Below, piece by piece: positions 1-18,953 of a stretch of 64,000 bases of DNA. Below the pieces are notes generated by a model. That model was not told the DNA's origin, did no database searches, and saw nothing but the letters and a program-made list of their open reading frames with translations. Numbering within the stretch: position 1 is the first letter of the stretch; each line of letters opens with the position of its first letter. Source of the DNA: the human T2T-CHM13v2.0 reference genome, Homo sapiens; assembly GCF_009914755.1 (NCBI RefSeq), contig NC_060948.1; one strand, 5' to 3'. The position numbers and the translations under genes were made by a program.

Positions 1-78
1 TTCAATCTCCTGACCTTGTGATCTGCCTGCCTTCACCTCCCAAAGTGCTGGGATTACAGGCATAAGCCACCACGTGCA
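1..78 (-). mobile_element. Alu 5' (left-arm) end, truncated by window edge
   Basis: ctcccaaagtgctgggattacaggcataagccacc is the reverse complement of the Alu 5' end. Confidence 0.9.
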
Positions 79-417
79 ACTTATGTGCCATATTATATAT
101 AATAGAATATAGTGTGTATTTTATTAATATGATATAATTTTATAATATATCTTATATACCCATATAATGTATAATATATCTTATACACCCAATAATTTAT
201 GAAATATACTTACAGACCCATATATTTATATACTATATACTATTTGCATTATTAACCATAAATATTATAATTACATTAAATCATTTGTAATACCATTATT
301 AACAAATATACACAAGATAAAATTGCTTTAATAAGTTTTAAAGAAACCAATGATACAACACGATGTGCCTGGAAATCAAGAAATCTCTTATAGTTGTTAT
401 AAGATGTTGAAAATGAG

Positions 418-735
418 GGCCAGGCATGGTGGCTCATGCCCGTAATTCCAGCATTTTATGAGGCCGAGGCAGGAGGATCGCTCGAGCCCAGGAGTTTGAG
501 ACCAGCCTGGGCAACATAATGAAATCTTGTCTCCATAAAAAATATGAATGTTAGCTGGGCATGATGGTGCATACCTGTAGTCCCAGCTACTCAGGAGGCT
601 GAGGCAGAAGGATTACCTAGGCCAGGAGGTCGAGGCTACAGTGAGCCATAATAGTACCACTGCACTCCAGCCTGAGTGACAGATTGAGACCCTGTCTAAA
701 AAAACAAACAAAACAAAACAACAACAAAGAAAAAG
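418..735 (+). mobile_element. Alu (AluJ-like), full length
   Basis: ggccaggcatggtggctca start, gcccaggagtttgagaccagcctgggcaacata, A-rich tail. Confidence 0.9.
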
Positions 736-960
736 ATGTTCACTTTCCTTTAAGGTTTCCATATTGCTTAATTAGGAGATATTTACAAAAGAATCTATTA
801 TCTTTATTTCAGGAAATAAATTGACAGAAAGGTTTTTTCCTGGAAAAAGCTGTTAGAAAAATCTTTAAAAATTAAAGTAAGATATTCTGTGTTAAAATTA
901 GGTTTTAGTAAGCTGGAGAAGCACATTCCTAAAACTACACAGGCAAGCATGTTACCAATG

Positions 961-1309
961 TGATATGGTTTGGCTGTGTCCCCACCCAAATCTCATCTTG
1001 AATTGTACTCTTTGTAATTCCCATGTTGTGGGAGGGACCCAGTGGGAGATAATTTGAATCATGGGGGCAGTTTCCCCCATACTGTTCTCATGGTAGTGGG
1101 TGGGTCTCATGAAATCTGATGGTTTTATGAGGGTTTCTCTTTTGCATCTTCCTCATTTTTTGTTGCTGCCACCATGTAAGAAGTGCTTTTTGCCTCCTGC
1201 CATCATACTGAGGCCTCCCCAGCCATGTGGAACTGTAAGCGCAATGAAACCTCTTTTTCTTCCCAGTCTTGGGTATGTCTTTATCAGCAGCATGAAATGA
1301 ACTAAGACA
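961..1309 (+). mobile_element. THE1 (MaLR) solo LTR, THE1C/D-like
   Basis: Starts tgatatggtttggctgtgtccccacccaaatctc, ends actaagaca; 5-bp TSD CAATG at 956-960 and 1310-1314. Confidence 0.9.
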
Positions 1310-1729
1310 CAATGCAGTAAGAGTTTGCACTGAAATAGCATTCAGACTGATGAGGGCAGGTGTGCTAATTGAATGCCCCCTGTGTCATCCTTTCTCCCAA
1401 CACTTGGCAGACATCAGTGATTTCTCTAAGTGGTTTTCTCTGCTCAGCCCACACACATCCCCAGACCGGTTCTCTATTTGCACTTCAGGCAGGTTGGTAC
1501 AAACCTATTAAAAGCAGACAGGCAAGACAGCACACACTGTTCCCTGCTGAGATGTGGAATCCAGCAAGTGGGATTAACACAATTTAGGCCCTTGTGGAGT
1601 TCGGGCTATATCAATACACTCAATATTTTTGGATTTATTAACTAGACAAATGATGAAATCAATAAATGAATTTTTTTATTGCTTGACTTTTTAAATGATG
1701 ACTTTTAGAAGCAGTGTAATTGGTTTTTT

Positions 1730-2730
1730 AAAAAATGTATGTTAATTTATGGGGTACACATGTGATTATGTAACCTAGACAGATTGCGCAGTGGTGAAGT
1801 CTTGGCTTCTGTATCCATCACTGGCATAATGCATTTGTGCCCATTAAGTAACTTGTTATCCCTCAGCACCCTCCTACCCTTCCCAGTCAGCAATGTCTAT
1901 GATTCCGCACTTTACTCCTATGTGGTAACATTATTTAGCTCCTACTTATAAATAAGAACATGCACTATTTGTCTTTTTGTTTCTGAGTTGTTTTACTTAA
2001 GAAAATAACCACCACTTCCTTCCATGTTGCTGCAAAAGATATGGTTGCATTCCTTTTTGTGGTTGAATAGTGTTCCACTGTGTACATATACCACATTTTC
2101 TTTATCCCATCATCCATTGATGGACACTTAGGTTGATTCCATATCTTTGCTATTGTAAATAGGGCTTCCAGTACAGGAGTCTTTTCTTTTCATTTTTAGT
2201 TGGAGTCTCACTCTGTCTCCTAGCCTGCAGTGCGGAGGCACCATCTTGACTCACTGCAACCTCTGCCTCCTGGGTTCAAATGATTCTCTTGCCTCGGTCT
2301 CCAGAGTAGTTGGGGCTACAGGAATGTGCCACCACCACTGGCTAATTTTTGTATTTTTACTAGATACAGGGTTTCACCATGTTAGCCAGGCTGGTCTCAA
2401 GCTCCTGACCTGTTGTGATTCACCTGCCTCAGTCTTTCAAAGTGCTGGGATTATAGGCATAAGCCACCATGCCAGGCCAGTGCACATATCTTTTTGATGT
2501 AATAATTTCTTTTCCTTTGGGTAGATATCCAGTAGTGGGTTGCTGGATGGAATGATAGTTCTATTTTTGGTTCTTTGAGAATTCTCCACACTCTTTTTCA
2601 TCAGATTGTACTAATCTACATTCCCAAGAACAATGTATAAGTGTTCCCTTTTCTCTGCATCCTCACCAACATCTGTTGTTTTTTCAATAATAGCCATTCT
2701 GACTGGAGTAGGATGAAATCTCATGATATG
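1730..2730 (-). mobile_element. Old L1 (L1MA/L1PB-like) 3' fragment interrupted by a minus-strand Alu (~2185-2478)
   Basis: L1 3' motifs (ccattgatggacacttaggttgattccatatc; atccagtagtggg) on both sides of a complete antisense Alu. Confidence 0.75.
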
Positions 2731-2802
2731 TAATATCTATCTTGCTAAAACGTGTTTAAATGTACTTTGCTGTGGGGTTCACTTTACCATGAAACAAAAT
2801 CA

Positions 2803-3140
<338 letters not shown>

Positions 3141-3270
3141 AAAAGTGCTTACATGTTAAGATCTACCATAAAATTTGGTATGCACATAGAGGTTCAGATA
3201 GGTCTAGGCTGAGTGTACCCCATGAATCTACGTAAAAATCAGTCATCTACTTTTTCATTTACAGGACTGT

Positions 3271-4087
3271 TCATATGGAAGGGGGGCAGGGAAGTGCTGG
3301 GTAGAGGAGGGTGTGGTCCCTGGCTAGGGCTCCACCTGTGGGCCTGTGCCCATGGACCTAAGTGAGTACAGGCACTCCTGTTTTCCTGCCCACATGTTGC
3401 ATTTTCCAAGACCTTTCTGGCCTGCTCTGCCTCCAATCTGTGCTTATAAAAACCTCGAGACTGTAGCAGGCAGACACACAATTACCTGGACATTGAGAGG
3501 AACACATAAGTGGAGACGACACAAGCAGCCGGACCTCGAGGGGAGCATGCCAGTGGAAGAGTGCACTGGCAGACACTGGCAGGCTGGCGGGCCATTGACT
3601 GGCAGAATGGCATGGAGTTCGGCAGGAGAGGTCAGAGGAAAAAAGCCTGGGCTGCTGAGCAGCCAGCAACTCCAGGGGAAAACCATCTCCCTCTGCCTCC
3701 CCTATCTGCTGAGAGCTACCTCCACTCAATAAAACCTTGTACTCATTCTCCAAGCCCATGTGTGATCTGATTCTTCTGGTACACAAAGACAAGAAACTGG
3801 GGATACAGAAAGCCCTCCATCTTTGTGATAAGGCAGGGGGTCTAATTGAGCTGAGTAACACAAGCCGCTTATGGATGGCTAAACTAAAAGAGCACTCTGT
3901 AACACACGCCCACTGGGGCTTCAGGAGCTATAAACATTCACCCCTAGATGCTGCCGAGGGGTCGGAGCCCCACAACCTCCCGGTCTGCCTGCACCTCTGA
4001 GGGGTTTGCGCAGTGGGGCACTGAAGGAGTGAGCCACACTTCCATCGCATGCCCTGTGAGGGAGATGAGGGAACTTTTCCCATTTCA
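3271..4087 (+). mobile_element. ERV1-class solo LTR (LTR1-like)
   Basis: Starts t(c)atatggaaggggggcagggaagtgctggg, internal AATAAA ~3728, ends cccatttca; 4-bp TSD CTGT at 3267-3270 and 4088-4091; subfamily from memory. Confidence 0.75.
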
Positions 4088-4147
4088 CTGTGGCTGAGAT
4101 AGTCAGATACCTACGTGACACTCATTTTCCCTTACTTCTTTACTGAG

Positions 4148-4655
4148 TGTAACAGGCTGCATACAGGTGCTCAGAGATGTCCACATCCTAATCCCTGGAG
4201 CCCATCAATATGTTATTTCATGTGGAAAAAAATGGCTTTGCAGATGTGTTAGGTTGGTGCAAAAATAATGGCAAAAACCGCGATTATTTTGGCACCAACC
4301 TAATATTAACGGCAAAAACCGCAATTACTTTTGCAGCAACCTTATAATTAAGTTAAGCATCCTGAGATGGGGAGATGAGCCTGGGTTGTCCAGGTGCACC
4401 CTGATGTAATCACAGGGTCCGTAGAAGAGGGAAGGAGGAGGGTCAGAAAGAGAAAGATTGGAGGACACTAGGCAGCTGGCTTTGAACATACAGAAAGGGA
4501 CCACAGATTTCACTCAAGAGCCTCCAGAAGGAACACAGTTCTGCCAGCACCTAATTTTAGACTTCTGAGCTCCAGAACTATAAGATAATACACTTATGTT
4601 CTTATAATCTACTAAATTTATGGTAACTGGTTACAGTAGCTCTAGGGGAAAAACA
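4148..4655 (+). mobile_element. MLT1 (MaLR) LTR containing a MADE1 insertion
   Basis: MLT1 motifs (gatgtccacatcctaatccctgga; gagcctccagaaggaacacag; acttctgagctccagaacta). Confidence 0.7.
4249..4346. mobile_element. MADE1 (Hsmar1 MITE), rearranged, with duplicated right half
   Basis: ttaggttggtgcaaaa ... gcaccaacctaata followed by a second ggcaaaaaccgcaattacttttgcagcaacc. Confidence 0.8.
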
Positions 4656-4841
4656 CTCACATACCCACACACTATGCAATATGCCCAACAGAAAAATCTA
4701 TTCTTTTCTGAACACTCTTCAAATTGACGTTTTGTAAGTTCAGTGATGCTAGGAGCTCCTGGAGGGGGTCTTGTTTTGTTTGCTTTTCTTCCTTCCTCCT
4801 GTTCTCCTGATTTATGTCCGGAATACAGATGGGGTGGCTGA

Positions 4842-5158
<317 letters not shown>

Positions 5159-5971
5159 AGCAGCTTTTGTTAAATGTGGGAGTCCACGTGCTAAAGGAAG
5201 AAGGTGCTGGCATCCCAGAACTCTAGCCCTTGGTTTTCCATCTCCAGAATTCTTATATGTGAGGGAGAAACAAATGGTGCTCTTGTTAAGACACTATTTC
5301 TGCCAAACAAACATAGTATTTAAATTGTACAAGCACTTTCAAGTCAAGTTTTTTATTTTTCTTAACACCCTGCCCCTTAGGAAACAGGAGAATGTATGGA
5401 CTTTGAAGGATTGACTAAAAGAAAGAACTGGAAATCACCATTTTTCTACACATCTCCAATATGTCACTCATCAATTAAGTCCCAAGAATTATATAAAGCC
5501 TGCATGATGAGAATGAAACAAATATTTTTGTTCTTTGATTACCCACACTGCAGCACAAACAACAATAACAAAAACCAGACATACGTACATGCAAAAAGTT
5601 TATATAGTGTTTTAGGAAAATCTTACACACTTGCCAAGAGAAAAAAAATAAATGAAAGGATTACAATAAAGTCACTTTTTAAAGAATTTAGACTGTATTT
5701 TATTACAACTGCATTTTATTCTATGGAAGAAAAAAATGATCAAACATGATTCTAAGCTAACCTTTGAAGAAGCCTATATTTTTAGGAAATTAATAAAAAA
5801 GAAGATAAATTTAAAATTAAATGAAAATAAATAATAAACTTAAACAATGAAGATAAATTTAAAACAATGAGATAAATTTAAACTTATTCTCAATTATAGG
5901 TAGGTGGATACAAAGATAGATAGAAAATAGATAGAAAGATAGACAATAGAGATGATAGATGATGGATAGAC

Positions 5972-6503
5972 CAGCAGTCCTCAACTTTTTTGGCATGAGG
6001 AATCAGTTTCATGGAAGACAATTTTTCCATGGACTTGGTGGGGAGATGGTTTTAGGATGATTCAAGGGCATTGCATTTATTGTATACTTTATTTCTATTA
6101 CAATTACATTATAATATATAATGAAATAATTATACAACTCACCATTATGTAGAATCAGTGCAGCCCTGAGCTTGTTTTCTTGCAACTAGATGGTCCCACT
6201 AGGGGTGATGGGAGACTGTGACAGATCATCAAGCATTAGATTCTCATAAGGAGCACGCAGCAAACTCTAGATCCCTCACATGCACAGTTCACAATAGGTT
6301 TCTTGCTCCTTTGAGAATCTAATGTGGCCACTAATTTGACAGGAGTTGGAGCTCAAGCAGTAATGCAAGCGCTGGGGAGCAGTTGTCAATACAGATGAAG
6401 CTTCACTCTCTCACCTACTGCTCACTTCCTACTGCTTTCAGATGTGCCAGTTCCTAACAGGTCACTGACTGGTACCACTCCAGGCCTGGGGGTTGGGAAC
6501 CGT
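5972..6503 (-). mobile_element. MER1A (hAT-Charlie DNA transposon)
   Basis: cagcagtcctcaactttttggca...gcattagattctcataaggagc...ggggttgggaaccgtg; homologous to copies at 11342, 18954 and 37968. Confidence 0.8.
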
Positions 6504-6891
6504 GGGATAGAAGATAAACAATCAATAGGTGATAAATTAGACAACTGATAGAGGTTAGGTACATAGATATACATACACAATTTATAGACTGATAGAAATA
6601 TAGATGGATAGATAGAGGATGGATAGATAAGTTTACCCATTAAGAAAAAAATAGAGTATGCTGAAAGTTCGTAAATAAGAAGTCTGTGCTTGCCGTGCAA
6701 GTATTGTCCATATAAGGTCTCTGTCATAACACCCCTGGAGAAACATGGGAAGAGTGGTTTCACGGTGGCTTTCAGATGTTCTGCACGTCATATTCATGGG
6801 TGCTCATTTCATGATATGCAGATTCTGTTCTTATTTCACTAGACCGAAAATGAATGTTAACATCTTTGGCTTTTTTCTAAAAAGTATTACA

Positions 6892-7184
<293 letters not shown>

Positions 7185-7483
7185 TTACATATAATTTTAC
7201 CTACCCATCCAAGGATCAAGGAATAAACAAAATATGTTCAATATGTTCAATTCATACAGTCTAATATAATTCATTTATGAAATGGAATGAAGGTCTAATA
7301 CAGGCTATTATATGTACGAATCTTGAAAACACCATGCTTAGTGAATGAAGCCAGTGTATCATTATGTTTATATTAAATTTCAAGAATAGCTAAATCTATG
7401 GACAGAAAACAGAAAATAACTGGTTTCCAGGGACGAGGATGAGGAGAAAAGGAAAGGAGAGGAGACGAGGAGAAAAGAAGAAT

Positions 7484-11245
<3,762 letters not shown>

Positions 11246-11341
11246 AAGGAGAATAGAGAGTGACTGCTTAATGAATATAGGATTTCCTTTTGGTATTTTA
11301 AAATGTTTAGGAACTAGATAGTGATGATAATTGCACTATAT

Positions 11342-11860
11342 CAGGGGTTTCTAACTCCTAGGTCATGGACTGGCTCCTGTCTGTGGCTTGTTAGGAACCA
11401 GGCTACACCCCAGGAGGTGAGCGGCAGGTGACCAGCAAAGCTTCATCTGTATTTAGAGCTGCTCCCCATGGCTCACATTACCACCTGAGCTCCACCTCCT
11501 CTCAGATCAGTGGTGGCATTAGATTCTTATATGAGAGGAAACCCTCCTGTGAACTACACATGTGAAGGATCTAGATTGCATGCTCCTTATGAGAATCTAA
11601 GGATGCCTGATGATCTATCACTGTCTCCCATCACCTCCAGATGGGACGGTCTAGTTGCTCCCACTGATTCTACATGATGGTGAGTTGTAGAATTATTTCC
11701 TCATGTATTACAAGGGAATAATAATAGAAGGAAATTGCACAATAAATGTCATGTACTCGAATCATCCTGGAACCAACCTCCTCAACCCCACCACCACCAT
11801 CAGTGGAACAATTGTCTTCCACTAAATCAGTCCCTGGTGTCACACAGGTTGGGTACCACT
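11342..11860 (+). mobile_element. MER1A
   Basis: caggggtttctaactcc...aggttgggtaccactg termini and internal MER1 core. Confidence 0.8.
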
Positions 11861-12018
11861 GCACCAAATGTCACTGAATCATACTTCAAAATGGTTAAAA
11901 TAGTCCATTTTATGTTATATGAGTTTTATCCCAAAATAAAAAGTGAAACTCATGAAATTGCTAAGCTTCAGATGCATTTTATTTAAATGAGAAATATTTC
12001 TTTTTAACAGATTATTTC

Positions 12019-12305
<287 letters not shown>

Positions 12306-13401
12306 TTATTTTAGAGTTAAAGAAGAAAAAAAGAAAAACGAGGAGATGAAAAGCACTATGTGCCCTGGGTGTTTCGGGAGTTTAACTAGGTTAACCTCAT
12401 ATTCCTTAATGGCTTTAAGTTTAAACGTCAAGGCAATAAAACATTTAGTGGTCCTTTTAAACATAAAAATCAGAAGGCATTCTTTCTAAACCAAACAAAT
12501 GGCTCTTTTGCGTATAAAACCAAAAATGCATAGAGTAAAAAAAAATTAATACTAAGCTTTTTGTCTATCCCTTCTCTCTTTTTCCAGTCTTAAACACAAA
12601 GTGGCCTGTAGGAATTTCTTTTAACTTCTCTGAATTTTTATATACAGTGAATCATCTATTAATAAATATTGTTGTGTGCCATTTAAAATATTTTACATAA
12701 TGAATGAATAACACTCATACTTAATTAAGCCTATCTTTACAATGTTTATGTCTGAGAAATAAATGAGGAAAGACTGATCATAAACAATTATCTTATAATA
12801 ATTTAGTCTTATCTAATATCATTAGATAAGAATATTATATTATTAGATAATAGTAATAATGTGATCTAATAATTTTCAAAATAAAAATCCATGGGTAAAA
12901 TACTCTGTCTCATAATAAAAATACAATATAACATAATAATAAATACGAAGCAAAACTTACCTTTATATGTTGGTTCTTCCTTCTTTCCTATAGTTCCTTA
13001 TCAGAGGAGTAGTGGATTTGGTAATTTAAGAGGTGTTGAATCTTCCCTTCAGCAACCACATGGCTGCACAGGGAGTCAGCTCACAAGTCATGCATCAATT
13101 ATGAGGACAGATGATAGACCCATCGCTTTTAGTAAAGAGAAGGGCCCTGTGATTCAGGAACACAGATTTTTTAAAAAATGGAGTGAGATAGCTACAACAT
13201 TTTTGGACAGCTATTGTTTTCTTTAAGTTTCCAATTATTTTTCACCAGTCTGGTATCCATCAGGAAAATACACATCACCCTCACTTCATTTCAAGCAAGA
13301 AGACGTTCTCTGCAGAGCCCTGGGTCCTTGCACTATTATCTGGAATTGTTTCTTTCCAGTGCTGTTGCCTAGGGGAACATTTCTTCTCAATGCATCCTTG
13401 A

Positions 13402-13845
<444 letters not shown>

Positions 13846-14074
13846 GAACGTGCATCTTTCTAATTCCAAGTAGTTTTATTATAAAGTAATATTCCTTCAG
13901 ATGTTTGAAAACTCTGCTTCATACTTTCTGATACATTGTGTCTTTCTGATAAGAAGTCTAAAGCTGGTAATAGCTTTCTTTTTAAATTTATAGATAAAGG
14001 CCTCTTTCTTTCTCCTCTGATTACGGAATGTATCTAGTGTCTGTCTCCCTTTTATTTTCCCCTTGAAATACATG

Positions 14075-14189
14075 TGTAGTAGACCGCACAATCATGTTCA
14101 TAGCAGCTTTATTCTCCACAGCCAAAAGGCAGAAGCAACCCAGGTGTCCATCAACAGGTGAATTTCAACGTGGTAAAACCCTGCTTCTA

Positions 14190-14228
<39 letters not shown>

Positions 14229-14910
14229 GCCAAACAGGAAATGTGTTATATACAAAAAAGGAATATTTAGCCTTAAAAAGGAAGGAAAATCTAGTAAGTG
14301 GTACAACATGAATGAATTTCAAAGATGTTTTGCTATGTAAAATAGGCCAGAACAAAAAGACAAATAGTGGTGGGGTGCAGTGGCTCATGCCTATAATCCC
14401 AGCATATTGGGAGGCCAAGGTGAGGGGATGGCTTGAGATCAGGAGTTCGAGATCAATCTGGGCAACAGAGTGAGACCCCATCTTTACAAAAAATAAAAAA
14501 GTTAGCTGGGTGTAGTCATGTATGCCTGTGATCCCACCTACTTAGGAGGCTGAGGCAGGAGGATCGTTTGAGCCCAGGAGATTGAGGCTGCAGTAAGCTA
14601 TGATCACATCACTGCATCCCAGCCTGGGCAACAGACTAAGATCTTGTTTCAGAAAAACAAAAAACAAAAAACACAAATAGTGCATGATTCTATTTATATG
14701 AAGTAACAAGAATAATCAAAGTCATAGAGAAAGTAGAATGGGGGTTCCAGGGGATTGAGGAAGGGGGAATGAGGAGTTAGTGTCTATTGTGGACAGAGTT
14801 TCAGTGAAGAAGGTGAAAAAATTCTGGGATGGATGGTGGTGATGGTTGCACAACATGTAAATGTCCTTAAAGCCCCTGAAATGTATATTTAAAATGGTAA
14901 GTTTTATAAT
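14075..14910 (+). mobile_element. L1M 3' fragment carrying an AluJ (~14370-14670) and a short internal Alu piece (14166-14231)
   Basis: L1MB-type motifs (gttcatagcagctttatt; ggatggatggtggtgatggttgcacaaca). Confidence 0.7.
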
Positions 14911-14972
14911 GGGGAAATTTCAAATTTTATTAATATATAATATTATATTTATGTATACACACACAAGCACAC

Positions 14973-15006
<34 letters not shown>

Positions 15007-15042
15007 CACACATATATAGCGACATTAAAAAATAGGTATGTG

Positions 15043-15327
15043 GTGGGGTGTGGTGACTCACAGATGTAATCCCAGCAATTTGGGGGGCTGAGGTGGGTGG
15101 ATCTCTCTAGCCCAGGAGTTGAAGACCAGCCTGGGCAACGTGGGAGAACCTGGTCTCTACAAAAACAAAAAATAAAAATTAGTCAGTTGTGGTGGCTCAC
15201 ACCTGTAGTCCCAGCTACTTGGGAGGCTCAGGCAGGAGGATTGCTTGAGCCCAGGAGGTATAGGCTACAGTGAGCCATGTTTGCACCACTACATTCCAGC
15301 CTGGGTGACAAAGTAAGACCCTGTCTC
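15043..15327 (+). mobile_element. AluJ with tail replaced by a GATA microsatellite
   Basis: Alu dimer ending agaccctgtctc, immediately followed by (AGAT)n. Confidence 0.85.
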
Positions 15328-15385
<58 letters not shown>

Positions 15386-15423
15386 GTAGATAGACAGACA
15401 GACAGGTAGATAGATAGATAGAT
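15328..15423. repeat. Compound STR [AGAT]14 AGGT AGAT [AGAC]3 AGGT [AGAT]4
   Basis: Counted in sequence. Confidence 0.9.
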
Positions 15424-16444
15424 GTGCAACTGGGAGGAACTTTGGCATTGTACTTTGTAATGAGTTTGTCATCACCCAAAACATGTAGTAACAGATCATG
15501 GGCACCATTACAAAGAGGTAGCTCAGCAGTCATGTGGCTTGCTGCTCCTTTGCGACCTCAGCTCTGCATCTGGTCTTCAGAGTGTCATCGAGTCAAAGCA
15601 CAAATAATATTTATTCCATTAAAACCAATCTGTTCATGATACAGGGGTGTTCCCACTAGTTGTCAACCACTTTTTACAGAGCTTACTGGAAAAGTTGCTT
15701 TGGAATCCAGCAGAATGAATCAGAAGGTGCTTTGTCTAAAGTGAACTTCATCTTGAAATATTTCCAAATTCATGCAAAAGTAATATTTTCAAAGGCAAAG
15801 CAATTGCCTGCCATCTGCCTCCAAGCTTTGAGATAGAAATGAAAATAGTTAAGAAAACCATGCCACTCTATTTCCATTGAATAATATACCATACCTAAGA
15901 GACTAAAAGATAAACAAAATCTGTAAATTTTCTAAAACAGATTAACATTAATGGAAAAAAATAATTTTGCCTGTGTGCAAATTTTGCTTGCAGTTGTAAA
16001 GTATAGTAGAAGTTATATAATAACAAAAGTGGTTTCCTTTAATGTTTGCTTTTTAGCTTTCTGGATGTTCTATTGCATTTGACAAAGTCAACCCACTTCT
16101 TGAAATTTCTTCACACTTGGTTCCATAGTGAAATGTGACCTCATTTCTTCCCGCTTACTTCTTCTTAGCTGTATCAAGTCCCCTTTCATTCAGCTCTTCA
16201 TGGAAACACCAACAGAAATCCATCATGGACCTTTTGTTCTTCTAATTCTCCAGACTTCTTCTGCACAATCCCATTCCTGCCTCAAACTTCAATCATCGTA
16301 GGTCCTTCCATAATTATGAAAGCTACGAAGTCCCACAATCACCACCAGGTTAATACTGAAAATTCCCTTTTGTTTTACTGCCTCTGTTACAAGCAGCTCC
16401 ATCAGAATGTCAATAAGAAATTGCCATTTATTTTTTATTATTTT

Positions 16445-16732
<288 letters not shown>

Positions 16733-16769
16733 ACTAGAAATTGCCATTTCTATTTAATAATAAGGATAG

Positions 16770-17200
16770 AGACCACTAACATGTATTGAGCACTTATGCT
16801 ATGCCAGAGACTGTTAAGTGCTTTACACAAATTAGCTCATTTCATTATCATAATAACTGTATTATTATTCTCAGTACATCAGAGAAGAAACTGAGGCACA
16901 GTACAATCAATTTACCAGCCCATACAATCAATTTACAGGCCCGTGATTATGCAGCTAATGGCGTACCTGGGAGTCTTACCCCCAAAATTTGGCCCCAAAA
17001 CCAGTATGTCAGGCTGGGAATCATGACATACCAGAAATTCAACATGAATGACATTCACCCCACTCCCTAAATCTCTCTCTCCTCCCTAAAGTCCCTAAAT
17101 CATACATTCCAATCTCATCCTCTTGTTTTCCCAATCAGGAATTTGAGAACTATCCCAGGGCTGCCATCATCTTGATTCTCATATCCAGTGTGTCTATGGG
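16770..17200. mobile_element. MIR and L2 fragments
   Basis: attgagcacttatgctatgccag and gaaactgaggcacag (MIR core); L2-like tail. Confidence 0.55.
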
Positions 17201-17467
17201 TCCTTCCAAGCTGATTTCTTACATGTGTATTTCCTTTCATTTCTGTAGCCACAGAGATAGTTGAAACAACATAAATCAAAGTGAGAGCCACAGCTAATGA
17301 GAAAGAAGTCAGAACAAAAACTAACAGCAGCCAAGGAGAGATCTTAACATGAAGGGAGGGCATTCTGCCGCGGGGTGAAGATCAGAATCCAGTCATCTCG
17401 ACATCAGACATTCTAACTAATGAGTTGAGACTATGTCTTGAGATTTAACGTGACTGTGCAAGAGCTC

Positions 17468-18290
17468 TGTATGAGTTTCCTGTGGCTGCTAAAACAAATA
17501 CTAAAAATGCTAGGTGAAAACAATACCTATTTATTCATGTGCAGCTCTAGAAATAAGAAGTCCTAAATGGGTCTCCTGGGGCTAAAATCAAAGTGTCAGC
17601 CAGGTTGGTTCCTTCTGGAGGATGCAGAAAAGAATCAATTTCCTTGCAATTTGTACCTCCTATAGGCTGCCTGCATTCCTTGGCATGTGGTTTCCCTCTT
17701 CATCTTCAAAACCAGCAACAACAGCAGAGACCATCTCACATCTCATCATTCTAACCTCCATTTCTGCCTCCCTCTTCTATTTTTAAGAGCCCTTGCAATT
17801 ACTTGGATAACCCAGAATAATCTCCTCATTTTAGGATCAGCTGATGAGCAAACTTCATTTTCCCTCCAACTTTGATTCACTTATTGCCATATAAGGTAAC
17901 ATTTTCGTAGGTTCTGGGAAAGAGGATGTAAAAACATTTAGTTAAGGATCTTGAGATGAGATCATCCTGGAGTAAAGTCAACCCTAAATGCAATGACAGG
18001 AGTCCTTCTAAGAGACAAAAGAGGAGATGGTACACACAGAAAGGAGAAGGCCACATGGAGACAGAGGCAGAGACTGGAGTGATGCAGCCACAAGCTCAGG
18101 AATCTCTGGAGCCCCCAGGTGCTGGGAGAGGCAGGAAGGATCCTCCCTTAGAGCCTCCAGAGAGACTGTAGCCCTGCCCACACCTTGATCTCAGACTTCT
18201 GGCCTCCAGAACTGGCAGATCATAAATTGCTGTGGTTTTAAGACACTCAGTTAGTGGCGATTTGTGTGGCAGTCCAGATTGCACCCATGT
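17468..18290. mobile_element. Two adjacent MLT1 LTR pieces (minus ~17468-17930, plus ~17935-18290)
   Basis: ggttggttccttctggagg (antisense MLT1); gaaggccacatggagacagaggcagagactggagtgatgcagccacaagc (sense MLT1). Confidence 0.7.
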
Positions 18291-18953
18291 TTGAAGGCTA
18301 ATTAGGAATCATTACCAAACCACACGGTTTCTGTTTAAACTAAGTATTCTTTGCCTTTTTCTTCTTTGTAAGGTACTCAGGGCAACATTTAGAGGCTGAA
18401 TTTTCTGATCCAGGCTTTCTAATGGCTTTGAGTTATTTGTTTCCTTCACTTTATTCATAAGATAGTTATATTTATATCTTTAAAGAGCATGTTCCAAAGT
18501 GTTATAATACTTCTTTAAAATACATTAGTGCTCCTTTGAATTTAGTCTGAGTTTTAGTGAATTTCTAAGCTTGTCCACTTACAAACACACACCTATATTT
18601 ATAATCAAGTAAATCTCAGTATGTTTTGATCTCATGATTACACAGGGAATCAAAGATCACTGGGTTTAAGAACTAATTTCCTCTGCTGTATTTTAAGAAT
18701 AACTTAAACCTTGCTCCATGATTCACCCCTGGTCTGTTAATTAAGGCCGCTTCTTCTAATTCATGAAAGAGACATCTTACCAAAAGGGAAAGCATTTCAT
18801 GTGGTGTCCTATAGAATTTTGAGTATTCATCATTTATAGGAAGTCTTTCTGAAATGAATAGTTTCATGCTGAAGGAGAGACCATTTGCCATTTTTATTTT
18901 GAAAAGTGAGGTGGGTCTTGGAATCTATCCACATGTAAGAAGAATGTCCTAGG

